NCBI GenBank assembly: GCA_017457305.1 | Contig: JAFTHP010000034.1 | Coordinates: 6,414-70,413, forward strand | Length of the DNA stretch: 64,000 nt | Direction of reading: 5' to 3' | Origin: Clostridia bacterium | GTDB taxonomy: Bacteria > Bacillota > Clostridia > Christensenellales > CAG-314 | Shown here: one piece after another, positions 22,895-31,398 of the stretch | How the letters are laid out: each line of letters opens with the position of its first letter | Position numbering within the stretch: position 1 is the first letter of the stretch | Program-made: the position numbers and the translations under genes | Notes under the pieces: model-generated | Databases searched by the model: none | The model's input: the letters and a program-made list of their open reading frames with translations, nothing else | What the model was told of the DNA's origin: nothing

Positions 22895-22976
22895 CAAAAA
22901 ACAGCGACCATTGGTTGTTTTGGCTCAACCATCGGTTGTTTTTTCACTCAACTGTAGGTTGCAAAGTGTGTTTTTG
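22895..22976 (-). ncRNA. candidate attenuator leader or small RNA (promoter plus intrinsic terminator, no convincing ORF)
   Basis: Lies downstream of the TTGACA-18-TATATT promoter. Minus-strand hairpin (plus coordinates 22906-22937) followed by CUGUUUUUUGUUUG. About 140 nt upstream of the XRE regulator ATG. Confidence 0.3.
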
Positions 22977-22982
22977 AGCTAA

Positions 22983-23012
22983 AATATACGCTTTTTGCTA
23001 TTTTCTTGTCAA
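22983..23012 (-). promoter_or_regulatory. sigma-A-type promoter (TTGACA-18-TATATT) pointing toward the XRE operon
   Basis: Reverse complement reads TTGACA AGAAAATAGCAAAAAGCG TATATT. Confidence 0.5.
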
Positions 23013-23033
23013 TTTTTTATCAATAAATATAGT
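23006..23033 (+). promoter_or_regulatory. possible divergent promoter (TTGTCA-16-TATAGT) with no ORF downstream
   Basis: TTGTCA ATTTTTTATCAATAAA TATAGT. About 115 nt upstream of the bidirectional hairpin at 23120-23149. Confidence 0.35.
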
Positions 23034-23111
23034 ATAACACCGTTTATGTAATTTGAACAGTAATTTACACAATATGGCACCCTTTACTCGCAAACAGCAA
23101 ACTGTGCTGAC

Positions 23112-23149
23112 AAATAAAAATCCACCAACCATTGTGGTAGTTGGTGGAT
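23112..23149 (-). terminator. intrinsic terminator after upp (bidirectional hairpin)
   Basis: AUCCACCAAC-loop-GUUGGUGGAU. Followed by UUUUUAUUUG on the minus strand and by UGCUUUUUUU on the plus strand. Confidence 0.8.
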
Positions 23150-23176
23150 TGCTTTTTTTGTTAAGTTGTCAAAACA

Positions 23177-23806
23177 CTATTTTGTGCCGAACAATCTGTC
23201 GCCAGCATCGCCAAGACCAGGCAAAATGTAGCTGTGTTCGTTTAGCTGACGGTCTTGTGTTGCGCAGTAGATTTGAACGTCGGGATGAGCTTCGTGCAAA
23301 GCTTGGATTCCTTCTGGAGCGGCAATGATGTGCATGCACTTGATGTGCTTTGCGCCCTTTTTCTTGAGTAGGTCAACTGCAGCAATAGCGCTTCCGCCAG
23401 TAGCAAGCATTGGATCAAGAACGATGCAAATCTTGTTTTCGATGCCAACTGGCAGCTTGCAGTAGTATTCTTGTGGAAGACAAGTTTCTTCATCACGATA
23501 CATACCAATGTGGCCAACCTTTGCTGTGGGGAACAATGTGTGAACACCATTTACCATGCCAAGACCTGCGCGCAAAATGGGGATAATTGCAACGGTATTT
23601 TCGGCAATTACGCTTTGTGTTGTAACTTCCAATGGGGTTTCAACTTGTACTTGAACGGTTGGAATATCCTTAAATGCTTCGTAGGTGAGCAATGTGGAGA
23701 TTTCTTCTACAAGTTCTCTAAATTGCTTGGTGTTTGTATCCTTATCGCGAAGTTTTGCAACTTTGTGACTAACGAGTGGGTGATTGATGATTGTAACGTT
23801 TTCCAT
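23177..23806 (-). CDS. upp: uracil phosphoribosyltransferase
   Basis: 209 aa. MENVTIINHPLVSHKVAKLRD N-terminus, PRPP-binding VLDPMLATGGSA, C-terminal YILPGLGDAGDRLFGTK. Confidence 0.95.
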   Translation of the reverse strand: MENVTIINHPLVSHKVAKLRDKDTNTKQFRELVEEISTLLTYEAFKDIPTVQVQVETPLEVTTQSVIAENTVAIIPILRAGLGMVNGVHTLFPTAKVGHIGMYRDEETCLPQEYYCKLPVGIENKICIVLDPMLATGGSAIAAVDLLKKKGAKHIKCMHIIAAPEGIQALHEAHPDVQIYCATQDRQLNEHSYILPGLGDAGDRLFGTK

Positions 23807-23956
23807 AGTAATCCTCCTGTAAGCAAAAAAATAGCCTTGACGCCATTACGCCAAAGCCAAAAAAGAAAATACAAAAGACAACACACCCTTGTGTGCTTGT
23901 ATAGCGTTGTGCTTGCAAACAAAACGTGTCATGTCCTTTGCCCTCCATTGCCATAT

Positions 23957-23985
23957 ATTGTACACCATCATGGCACAACAATCAA
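23957..23985 (-). promoter_or_regulatory. sigma-A-type promoter of upp (TTGATT-17-TACAAT)
   Basis: Reverse complement reads TTGATT GTTGTGCCATGATGGTG TACAAT. The leader of about 145 nt contains two terminator-like hairpins. Confidence 0.55.
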
Positions 23986-23994
23986 GTGTTTTGT

Positions 23995-24023
23995 CAAAAA
24001 AAAGGACACAGTTTTGTGCCCTT
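23995..24023 (-). terminator. intrinsic terminator after zinc-ribbon gene
   Basis: Minus-strand RNA AAGGGCACA-AAAC-UGUGUCCUU followed by U8. Confidence 0.75.
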
Positions 24024-24056
24024 TTTTCCCTTTCAACGTGATATATAAGTACAAAT

Positions 24057-24764
24057 CTATTCTGCTTGGTATATGATGCGTCCACAGTGCTCGCAAACCA
24101 TATAGCCGTTGCCTTGCATCTTGCTTTCCACAACACCACGAGGCATTTCCATGCGGCAACCACCACATCTTACGCCATCTTGCAATGGTACAAAAACAGG
24201 ATGAATTTGACTTTCGCTCAACTTCTTGTACTTGTCGAACAAAGCTGGATTGATTAGCTTGCGAAGCTCTGCCTGTTGTTGCTTGATTTCGGTAACGCGT
24301 GGTTTAGCTGCTTCGGTAGCCTTGGCAAACTCCTCGTTGCACTTTTTGATACCAGCAATGATTTTGGGAAGTTCGGCAGAAATCGCTTCAAAATTACGAG
24401 CAACTTCTTCCCCTTCCTTCAAGATGCGCTTGATGTCGTTTTCCACGTTAGCAAGAGCTTCCATGTTTTCAGCAAGTTTTTTGCTCATATAGTTGAGTTC
24501 GCTTTCACTTTCCACTTCGGTAATTTCCTTGTTTTGTTCCAAAATGAAATTGGTGATTTTTTGCATAAGAGCACGTGCTGCGGCAAGTTGATTTTTAAGT
24601 TCCAATGCCTTTTGGTCAAGCTTTGTAAGCTTATCTTCGTAGTCAGCTTGCATAGCCTTTAGCTTTTTGCGCTTGATGTAGTAATCATTTTTGCGAAGCT
24701 CACGTTCAATTCTGTTAAGTTCCTTGTCCAAATCTTGGTAGGTCAACATTTCTTTTTGTATCAT
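24057..24764 (-). CDS. C4-type zinc-ribbon coiled-coil protein (COG1579/DUF164-like)
   Basis: Track ORF 24057..24833. Start at ATG 24762-24764 (MIQKEM) with a GGAGGA SD and an ATGA overlap with trmK. Long coiled coil, then CGGCRMEMP...CEHCGRIIY. Confidence 0.75.
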   Translation of the reverse strand: MIQKEMLTYQDLDKELNRIERELRKNDYYIKRKKLKAMQADYEDKLTKLDQKALELKNQLAAARALMQKITNFILEQNKEITEVESESELNYMSKKLAENMEALANVENDIKRILKEGEEVARNFEAISAELPKIIAGIKKCNEEFAKATEAAKPRVTEIKQQQAELRKLINPALFDKYKKLSESQIHPVFVPLQDGVRCGGCRMEMPRGVVESKMQGNGYMVCEHCGRIIYQAE

Positions 24765-25399
24765 ATTTCCTCCGTTCTTGCCAAAACAGCATTTACCTGT
24801 CCTAGGTAATCCTTGACGGGTGCTGTGGGGCAATGTTGCAATATATTTTGTGCTTTAGCCTGCTCCACTAGCAAAAACTGAACAAAATCCTGCGAGGGGC
24901 AAGCTATATTTGTCAAGCCAAATGTCAGCTCTAGCGGTGACAAGGCTTGTTTACTTTCACTTAGTTGTGCGACAATCAAATCGTAAAATTTGCCATCGGC
25001 AAACTTGGTGTCGCTAACGATATTGTAGTTGTTCAACAAATACTGTCGTAGGTCTACTTGGTTACGCATTGGTTGCAATACCAACCACTTTGGCAAGGTA
25101 ACGGTATTGGTCAAGATGGACATAATTTCCAATCCGCCCATACCGGCAATGACGGCACAATCGCATTGTAAATCGCCAATGCCATCCCGCACAAAGAACT
25201 CAGCACGTTCCTTTAAGTGTACAGGTAACGCATTTGAAGCCTTTTGCAAGCTAGGTGCGGATATATCCACAAACAAAACCTGGCTACAAACTTCGCTTTG
25301 CAAAGCGCCAATGCCAATATATCCGTGATCACAACCCACGTCTGCCAAAGTGTGACAACGTGGTATTGCGGACAGTATCTTTTGTAATCTTTTGCTCAT
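24761..25399 (-). CDS. trmK: tRNA (adenine22-N1)-methyltransferase
   Basis: 212 aa. TrmK N-terminus SKRLQKILSAIPRCHTLADVGCDHGYIGI and GMGG motif. Position after sigA as in Bacillus (yqfN). Confidence 0.82.
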   Translation of the reverse strand: MSKRLQKILSAIPRCHTLADVGCDHGYIGIGALQSEVCSQVLFVDISAPSLQKASNALPVHLKERAEFFVRDGIGDLQCDCAVIAGMGGLEIMSILTNTVTLPKWLVLQPMRNQVDLRQYLLNNYNIVSDTKFADGKFYDLIVAQLSESKQALSPLELTFGLTNIACPSQDFVQFLLVEQAKAQNILQHCPTAPVKDYLGQVNAVLARTEEI

Positions 25400-25400
25400 T

Positions 25401-26450
25401 TTATCCCAAATAATCTCTTAATTTCTTGGACTTGGTTGGGTTGCGAAGCTTACGCAAAGCCTTTGCTTCGATTTGGCGAATACGTTCACGAGTAACGTTG
25501 AATTCGCGTCCAACTTCTTCCAAGGTGCGTTGCTTTCCGTCATCCAAACCGTAGCGCAAGCGGATAACCTTTTCTTCACGTGGGGTTAGCTTGTGCAATG
25601 CAGCAATTAGTTGTTCGCGTAGCATTGTTTGTGCGGCGCTATCCTGTGGAGCGATTGTTTTGGTATCTTCAATGAAGTCTACCAAATGGCTATCTTCTTC
25701 TTCGCCGATAGGTGTTTCCAAGCTAACTGGATCTTGAGCAATTTTTTGAATTTCAATTACCTTTTCTACTGGAACGTCCATATATTCGGCAACTTCTTCT
25801 GGCGTGGGTTCACGGCCTAGCTTTTGCAACAAATCGCGTTGTGCGCGTTGTTGGCGATGGATTGTTTCCACCATATGTACAGGAATACGAATTGTGCGTG
25901 CTTGGTCGGCAATGGCACGTGTGATGGCTTGTCTAATCCACCAAGTTGCGTATGTGCTAAATTTGAATCCCTTGTTGTAGTCGAATTTTTCTACCGCTTT
26001 CATTAGGCCAAGGTTGCCTTCCTGAATCAAATCAAGGAACAACATACCTCTACCAATGTGGCGCTTAGCAATGGATACAACCAAACGAAGGTTAGCTTCG
26101 GAAAGCTTTTGCTTTGCTTCCTCATCCCCTTGTGCCATACGGGAAGCAAGTTCTCTTTCCTCGTCGGCGGATAGAAGGGGCACTTTACCAATATCCTTTA
26201 GGTACATTTTTACAGGGTCGTCCACAGCAACGTCGCCGATAGAGCGATACAATGCGTTGGTATCCTTGTCGAAGGCGTCCACAATGATGATGCCGTTATT
26301 TTCCAAGTATTTGTAGATTTCTGCGTTTTGCTCTGGATTGATACTGATTTTTTCCAGTCTTGTTTCCAAATCTTCGTAGGTGATTTTTGACTCACCACTC
26401 TTTTTGATATCTGCCAAAAGATTTTGCAAAAATGTTTGTGTGATTTCCAT
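25401..26450 (-). CDS. sigA: RNA polymerase primary sigma factor
   Basis: 349 aa. Region 2 [32 protein letters not shown]. Region 4.2 [36 protein letters not shown]. Confidence 0.95.
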   Translation of the reverse strand: MEITQTFLQNLLADIKKSGESKITYEDLETRLEKISINPEQNAEIYKYLENNGIIIVDAFDKDTNALYRSIGDVAVDDPVKMYLKDIGKVPLLSADEERELASRMAQGDEEAKQKLSEANLRLVVSIAKRHIGRGMLFLDLIQEGNLGLMKAVEKFDYNKGFKFSTYATWWIRQAITRAIADQARTIRIPVHMVETIHRQQRAQRDLLQKLGREPTPEEVAEYMDVPVEKVIEIQKIAQDPVSLETPIGEEEDSHLVDFIEDTKTIAPQDSAAQTMLREQLIAALHKLTPREEKVIRLRYGLDDGKQRTLEEVGREFNVTRERIRQIEAKALRKLRNPTKSKKLRDYLG

Positions 26451-26469
26451 ATTTCCTCCTGTAAAAAGT

Positions 26470-28245
26470 CTATCTTAGGTTGTTAATTTGACTAGTAATT
26501 TCCGCAAGTTGTTGCATAAGTTCCATGTTAGATGGATCCTTTTTGACTTCGGCAAGCAACTTGGTGCGTTGCGCTTGCAAGCTTTCCGCTTTGATTAGGC
26601 GCAAACACTCGGTAAAATATGCTCTGTTTTTTTCGTAGCGTTTTTTGTTGAAGTCCACGTCCACTATTTGAGCATAGTCCTTGTCGGAAGCATCGGGGCA
26701 AACGGTGTACAGCATATCCAGCGCTGGCTGTTGATTGCTGTTGTAGCAATCAAAAATATAGGTGTACAGCTTGTCCAAAAAGAGCGTGTCGCAAATGGGC
26801 TTTTGGGAAATCCTTGCGTAGTCTTCCCCGTGCAAAATGCAGGATGCAACAAAATACTTTGCAACTGTGTGTGGGCTTAGAGTATCCACTGCCACTTCCT
26901 GCGTTGACTCGGTGGTGTCGGTTGCTTCTTCTAGAAGCTTTCTGCGAAGGTAATCTTCCGAATAGCCAGTTTTTGCCGAAACAACCGTGATGTATTGGTT
27001 TTGGCGAATATCATCCAATGCCTTGAGCATCTTGATGGATCCCTTTACGTACTTGGCAAGAGCCTCGTTGCGTTTGGCGGAATTGCTACTGTGAATATCA
27101 AATGCATTATCTAGTAGGTGTAGCTTGTAGTCGGGCAAGGGCAAAGCCTTGGCAATTAGACCTTCAAAGGCTTCCGCACCATACTTTTTGATGTATTCGT
27201 CTGGATCAAGATTTTCCGGTACGGACATAACCTTGACGTCCAAGCCAGCTTGATCCAACAAATCCATACCCCTGACAGTTGCTTGTTGACCAGCTGCATC
27301 GCCGTCGTAGCAAATGTACACAGTATCGGTCAATCGACTTATCCACTTGGCTTGATTTTCCGTCAAGCTTGTTCCCATACTAGCAACAGCACGCTTGAAG
27401 CCTGCTTGATACATAGATAGCACGTCCATATACCCTTCCACCACTACAATATTTGGTAGGGCCGCTTGTTGCTTTTGTTCCTTGGCAATATTCAACGCAA
27501 ACAAATTGTCGTTTTTCTTGAATAGTGGCGTTTCCGAAGTATTCTTGTACTTGCCAAATTGTGCGGTGCGTTCGTCCAATGCTCTACCGCCAAAGGCAAT
27601 AACCTTGCCTTGCATGTTGAGGATTGGAATAATAAGTCTGCCACGCAAGCTATCCACCACCTGTCCTTGACGGTTTTGGTAGGCAACACCTGCTTTTATA
27701 ATATCTTCATCGACAAAGCCTAGCTTGTGTAGATATGCCACCAAACTGGTATCGTCAGGAGAGTAGCCAATGGCAAATTTCTTGATGGTATCCGCATCAA
27801 AGCCACGGCCTTCCATATACTTACGGGCGCGAGTGCCAAATTCCGACCGATAAGCCTTGTAGTAGAAGTTTGCAGTGTTTCTGCAAATATCCATATAGAT
27901 ATCCTTTTTTTGCTTGCGCTTTGTGTACTGCTCATCCTGCGCTTGACGTGCCGTTTGTGGCATAGGAATATTGGCGCGCTTTGCAAGAATTTCCAACGCT
28001 TCCATAAAGGAAACGGACTCGTACATTTGCACAAACTTTACAACGTCGCCACTTTCGCCACAGCCAAAGCACTTGAATATTTGCATGTTACGGTTAACGC
28101 TAAAGCTACCCGTCTTTTCCCCGTGGAAAGGACAACGAGCAAAAAAGTTGGTTCCGCTACGACGCAATTCAAGGTAGGAGCCGATAACGTCAACGATATC
28201 GTTGGCGCGCTTGACTTGTTGTACAAAATCCATCAAATCGTTCAT
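26470..28245 (-). CDS. dnaG: DNA primase
   Basis: 591 aa. Zinc finger [45 protein letters not shown]...YDGDAAG. AGGAGG SD. Confidence 0.95.
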   Translation of the reverse strand: MNDLMDFVQQVKRANDIVDVIGSYLELRRSGTNFFARCPFHGEKTGSFSVNRNMQIFKCFGCGESGDVVKFVQMYESVSFMEALEILAKRANIPMPQTARQAQDEQYTKRKQKKDIYMDICRNTANFYYKAYRSEFGTRARKYMEGRGFDADTIKKFAIGYSPDDTSLVAYLHKLGFVDEDIIKAGVAYQNRQGQVVDSLRGRLIIPILNMQGKVIAFGGRALDERTAQFGKYKNTSETPLFKKNDNLFALNIAKEQKQQAALPNIVVVEGYMDVLSMYQAGFKRAVASMGTSLTENQAKWISRLTDTVYICYDGDAAGQQATVRGMDLLDQAGLDVKVMSVPENLDPDEYIKKYGAEAFEGLIAKALPLPDYKLHLLDNAFDIHSSNSAKRNEALAKYVKGSIKMLKALDDIRQNQYITVVSAKTGYSEDYLRRKLLEEATDTTESTQEVAVDTLSPHTVAKYFVASCILHGEDYARISQKPICDTLFLDKLYTYIFDCYNSNQQPALDMLYTVCPDASDKDYAQIVDVDFNKKRYEKNRAYFTECLRLIKAESLQAQRTKLLAEVKKDPSNMELMQQLAEITSQINNLR

Positions 28246-28351
28246 AACTGCTCCTCCTCTTTAGTCAATGGTAAAATAAGTGTTTTTTGCGTACAATTAT
28301 TTTTTTACAACTGTACGAAAAATCTCAACACAAATAGTTTCCGAGCAAAAC

Positions 28352-28378
28352 AAAAAACTCCCCTAAAATTTTGGGGAA
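28352..28378 (-). terminator. intrinsic terminator after rpiB
   Basis: Minus-strand RNA UUCCCCAAAAUUUUAGGGGAG followed by UUUUUUG. Confidence 0.65.
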
Positions 28379-28465
28379 TTTTTAAATATTTTATATTATT
28401 TAATATATATTGGGCTTTTGCCACAGAAATAGGTAGTATTTGCAGTAAATCGTGTTACAACAATG

Positions 28466-28894
28466 CTATTTTCCTATTTTTTCCACCCTTGTTTGATGAC
28501 GGCCGCCTTCAAATTCGGTGTTCAAAAAAGCATCCACAATACATTGTGCGGTTGCGTTGTCAACGTATTTTTGTCCCATAGCAAGCATATTTGCATTGTT
28601 GTGACGGCGTGTCATTATGGCCTGATCCACGTTGGTGCACAAAGCGCATCTAACACCGGCAACCTTGTTGGCTACAATGGATACACCAATACCTGTCGTG
28701 CAAATTACAATACCGCAATCGCATTGTCCATCTGCCACAAGTTGTGCTGCGGGGCGAGCAAAGTCGGGATAATCGCAACTATCCAAGGAATTTGTGCCAC
28801 AGTCCACCACATCGTGACCTTGTTGCAACAAGTAGTCTTTTACAAAAGTTTTTAGTTGAAGTCCGCCGTGATCGCAGGCAAGGGAAATTTTCAT
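28466..28894 (-). CDS. rpiB: ribose-5-phosphate isomerase B
   Basis: 142 aa. MKISLACDHGG, CGIVICTTGIGVSIVANK. AGGAG SD. Confidence 0.9.
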   Translation of the reverse strand: MKISLACDHGGLQLKTFVKDYLLQQGHDVVDCGTNSLDSCDYPDFARPAAQLVADGQCDCGIVICTTGIGVSIVANKVAGVRCALCTNVDQAIMTRRHNNANMLAMGQKYVDNATAQCIVDAFLNTEFEGGRHQTRVEKIGK

Positions 28895-28908
28895 ATCGCA
28901 CTCCTTGA

Positions 28909-29901
28909 TTACAAGATATTGTTGCCAGCACTCTTGGTTAGACGATTGAGAATACTATCTGCTAAAGGTCCTGTGCCAACAAAGCTAGCAATTATGTAGG
29001 TGTATTTGTTTTCCAACAAGCGCAGATTTTCAAAAAGATTGTGCGCTACTTGTTGATTTGTTTTGCCAATAGGGTGACAGTTGAAACCTGGATATTGGTT
29101 TGTGTCGGCAACCAACAACACGGGATTGTGACCAAGAGCAACCAGTTGGTTGTAGAAGTCGGCAATCTTTTGCTTGTCCCCATCCAAGTTGAGCGCCATT
29201 GGCACCTTTGGTGCGTAGTGCTTGTACCTTACACCAGGGCTGTTGACCTTGTCCTTGGGGTTGGTGATAACCTGTACTGGTTGACCAATTACAGCGGCAA
29301 TTTGTTGTGGACTTACCATACCGGGACGCAAGATACGTGGGGTATCGGTGGACAAATCCAACACGGTAGATTCAATGCCAACTTGGCAAGCATCACCACA
29401 CAAAACTGCGGCAATTTTTCCGTCCATATCTTCGGCAACTCGTTGCCAATTGGTGGGGCTTGGTCTGCTGGAAGTGTTGGCGCTTGGCGCTGTTACTGGC
29501 ACTTGACAGGCCTGCAAAAAGTCACGCGCTTGCTTGCTCATTGGCATACGGATAGCAACTGTATCTAGCCCAGCGGTAATAACGTTGGAAATGGTTGGTT
29601 GCTTTGGCAAAACGATAGTCAATGGCGCTGGCATAAGTTGGTCGATTACCTTTTGCGCCATATCACAAATACTACGAGCTATTTGCGGTATTTGACCTTT
29701 GTCCCAAATATGCACAATAAGGGGGTTGTCACTAGGACGCCCCTTGGCTTGAAAGGTGGACAAAACAGCCTGCTCATCCCAAGCGTTTGCGCCCAGGCCG
29801 TAGACTGTTTCGGTGGGAAAAGCAACTAATTGTCCTTCCCTTATTAGCTGACCAGCTTGTGCTAGATGCTGATCGCAAAATGTCAAATACTTTGTTTGCA
29901 C
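28909..29901 (-). CDS. tsaC: L-threonylcarbamoyladenylate synthase (Sua5/YwlC type, with C-terminal Sua5 domain)
   Basis: 330 aa, GTG start. YrdC core LVAFPTETVYGLGANA...SAPSANTSSRPSPT. Confidence 0.85.
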   Translation of the reverse strand: MQTKYLTFCDQHLAQAGQLIREGQLVAFPTETVYGLGANAWDEQAVLSTFQAKGRPSDNPLIVHIWDKGQIPQIARSICDMAQKVIDQLMPAPLTIVLPKQPTISNVITAGLDTVAIRMPMSKQARDFLQACQVPVTAPSANTSSRPSPTNWQRVAEDMDGKIAAVLCGDACQVGIESTVLDLSTDTPRILRPGMVSPQQIAAVIGQPVQVITNPKDKVNSPGVRYKHYAPKVPMALNLDGDKQKIADFYNQLVALGHNPVLLVADTNQYPGFNCHPIGKTNQQVAHNLFENLRLLENKYTYIIASFVGTGPLADSILNRLTKSAGNNIL

Positions 29902-29969
29902 GTTGTATATACTTCCGTTGTAAATGTTGTAGTTACGGCATTAAACCGCAAATATTGTACGCTTAAATA

Positions 29970-30215
29970 CTAGTTATTTGCCAAGTATTGTTCCAATGCT
30001 GTTGCAAGTTGGTCTGGGCAGGAAGTGGACTTTGGACCACACTTGATACCCTTTAGACGAGCAATTGCTTCGTTGATTTCCATACCTTCTACAAGGGCGC
30101 TAACACCCTTGAGGTTACCGTTGCAACCGCCAAGGTAGCTAACGTTGCAAACCTTTCCGTCGATAACGTCGAAGTTGATTTCGCGAGAGCAAACTCCCTT
30201 TGTGATGTATTTCAT
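29970..30215 (-). CDS. TSCPD-domain small protein (TIGR03905-like)
   Basis: 81 aa. GGCNGNLKGVSALVEGM...CGPKSTSCPDQLA. GGAG SD. 51 nt downstream of queT with no terminator between them. Confidence 0.75.
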   Translation of the reverse strand: MKYITKGVCSREINFDVIDGKVCNVSYLGGCNGNLKGVSALVEGMEINEAIARLKGIKCGPKSTSCPDQLATALEQYLANN

Positions 30216-30266
30216 AACATTTCTCCTTCTATTATAAATGTAACTTTTTGTTTAATATTTGTACCA

Positions 30267-30779
30267 CTAATCATCTAGGTTTAGTCGTGGCAAAATGCGA
30301 TTTTTTGTGATGTAGTACAGTGGGATTCCCAATCCAAAACATACTATTGCTTGCGACACAAGCAGGCTTGCCATCTGCCAAAAATATCCAGTTGCTGTCA
30401 ACGTGGAGTTGGGGTTATCTACAACCGCTGCTAGCAACCACACAAGGGGCAAAAATACTGCATTTAGTACTGTCGGTGGAATAGGCGCCAAGTAATTTTT
30501 TTTGAATACCTTGGCGGTAAGAATTGCTGCAATCAGCGTAACTGCCGAGCCCAAAGCAATGTCGATAATTCCAAAGGCGGACAGTATGTTGGAAATTGCA
30601 CATCCAACAGCCAAACCAATGGTTGTGCTGGGGATAAGCGCTGGCAAAATTGCCAATGCTTCGGCAGGTCTAATTTGAACAAAACTGTTGTTAGCAATGC
30701 TACCAAGGGGTAAGGTTAGTACCACGTACAATGCCGCCACAACTGCATTTAGCGCAAGATGCTTTGTTGATTTATTCAT
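30267..30779 (-). CDS. queT: queuosine-precursor transporter QueT
   Basis: 170 aa, multi-pass. QueT-like N-terminus TKHLALNAVVAALYVVLTLPLGSIANNSFVQIRPAEAL. preQ1 riboswitch upstream. No SD of its own. Confidence 0.8.
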   Translation of the reverse strand: MNKSTKHLALNAVVAALYVVLTLPLGSIANNSFVQIRPAEALAILPALIPSTTIGLAVGCAISNILSAFGIIDIALGSAVTLIAAILTAKVFKKNYLAPIPPTVLNAVFLPLVWLLAAVVDNPNSTLTATGYFWQMASLLVSQAIVCFGLGIPLYYITKNRILPRLNLDD

Positions 30780-30817
30780 TTGTTTTTGTGTTTGCTAGCC
30801 ATTGCCACAGCTGGCAA
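30776..30817 (-). other. candidate 13-codon upstream ORF whose TGA overlaps the queT ATG (ATGA)
   Basis: TTG CCA GCT GTG GCA ATG GCT AGC AAA CAC AAA AAC AAA TGA, preceded by AGAGGAGAAG directly after the riboswitch aptamer. Confidence 0.3.
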
Positions 30818-30830
30818 ACTTCTCCTCTTT

Positions 30831-30863
30831 GTAGTTTTTTTAAGATGGGTGGCTACCACCATC
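30831..30863 (-). promoter_or_regulatory. preQ1-I riboswitch aptamer
   Basis: Minus-strand RNA GAUGG-UGGUAGCCAC-CCAUC-UUAAAAAAACUAC. It has a 5-bp P1, an A-rich tail, and loop GUAG able to pair with the 3' CUAC (H-type pseudoknot). This is the same layout as the B. subtilis queC aptamer, and it lies upstream of queT. Confidence 0.8.
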
Positions 30864-30889
30864 GCCCAATAAACTGGGCACTTATTCAA

Positions 30890-31279
30890 TTATTCTTCAA
30901 CGTATGCTTGAACGTTTGCACCGTTATTCCACAATGTGTCCAAACCGTAGATTTCGCGTGTTTCTTGGTGGAAAATGTGGACGATAACTTCGCCGTAGTC
31001 AACGGCAATCCAACGACCTTCCGTTACGCCTTCCTTGCGAATAGCGAACATATCGTTCTTTTCCATTGTTGCTTCCAAGTGTTCAAAAGCAGCTTTGCAT
31101 TGAGCGGCACTTTTGGCACTAGCAATGATAAAGTAGTCGGCAATATCCGTCATACCTGTGATGGTAATAATTTTGATATCTGTTGCAAACTTATCGGACA
31201 ATGCTTTGCACATTTGACCAACATATTCGGGATAGCTAGCTGGGGATGTTACGTTTAGTTTGTCTAGTCTAGATTTCAT
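30890..31279 (-). CDS. rsfS: ribosome silencing factor RsfS (iojap family)
   Basis: 129 aa. ADYFIIASAKSAAQCKA...WIAVDYGEVIVHIFHQETREIYGLDTLW. GGAG SD. Confidence 0.85.
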   Translation of the reverse strand: MKSRLDKLNVTSPASYPEYVGQMCKALSDKFATDIKIITITGMTDIADYFIIASAKSAAQCKAAFEHLEATMEKNDMFAIRKEGVTEGRWIAVDYGEVIVHIFHQETREIYGLDTLWNNGANVQAYVEE

Positions 31280-31398
31280 TATTTTTCTCCAATTTAGTTT
31301 TGTATGTTAGTGTTGCTTGGCAAAAGTAGATTATGCCCACACATCATTAGTGTGTTACTATCAATCAATTTGTTACCAAACAACGGTTCTTTTGTGTA

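Noticed and set aside
23807-23956. PyrR-binding attenuator in the upp leader.
   Set aside because: The conserved PyrR loop (…UCCAGAGAGG…) is absent; only a vague CAAUGGAGGGC is present. The region is kept as an unexplained attenuator-like leader instead.
23471-24076. 201-aa plus-strand ORF overlapping upp and its leader.
   Set aside because: It is antisense to a confidently called gene and runs through the upp promoter and the neighbouring terminator.
27910-28581. 223-aa plus-strand ORF overlapping dnaG and the dnaG-rpiB spacer.
   Set aside because: It is antisense to dnaG, crosses a terminator and promoter region, and has no motif.
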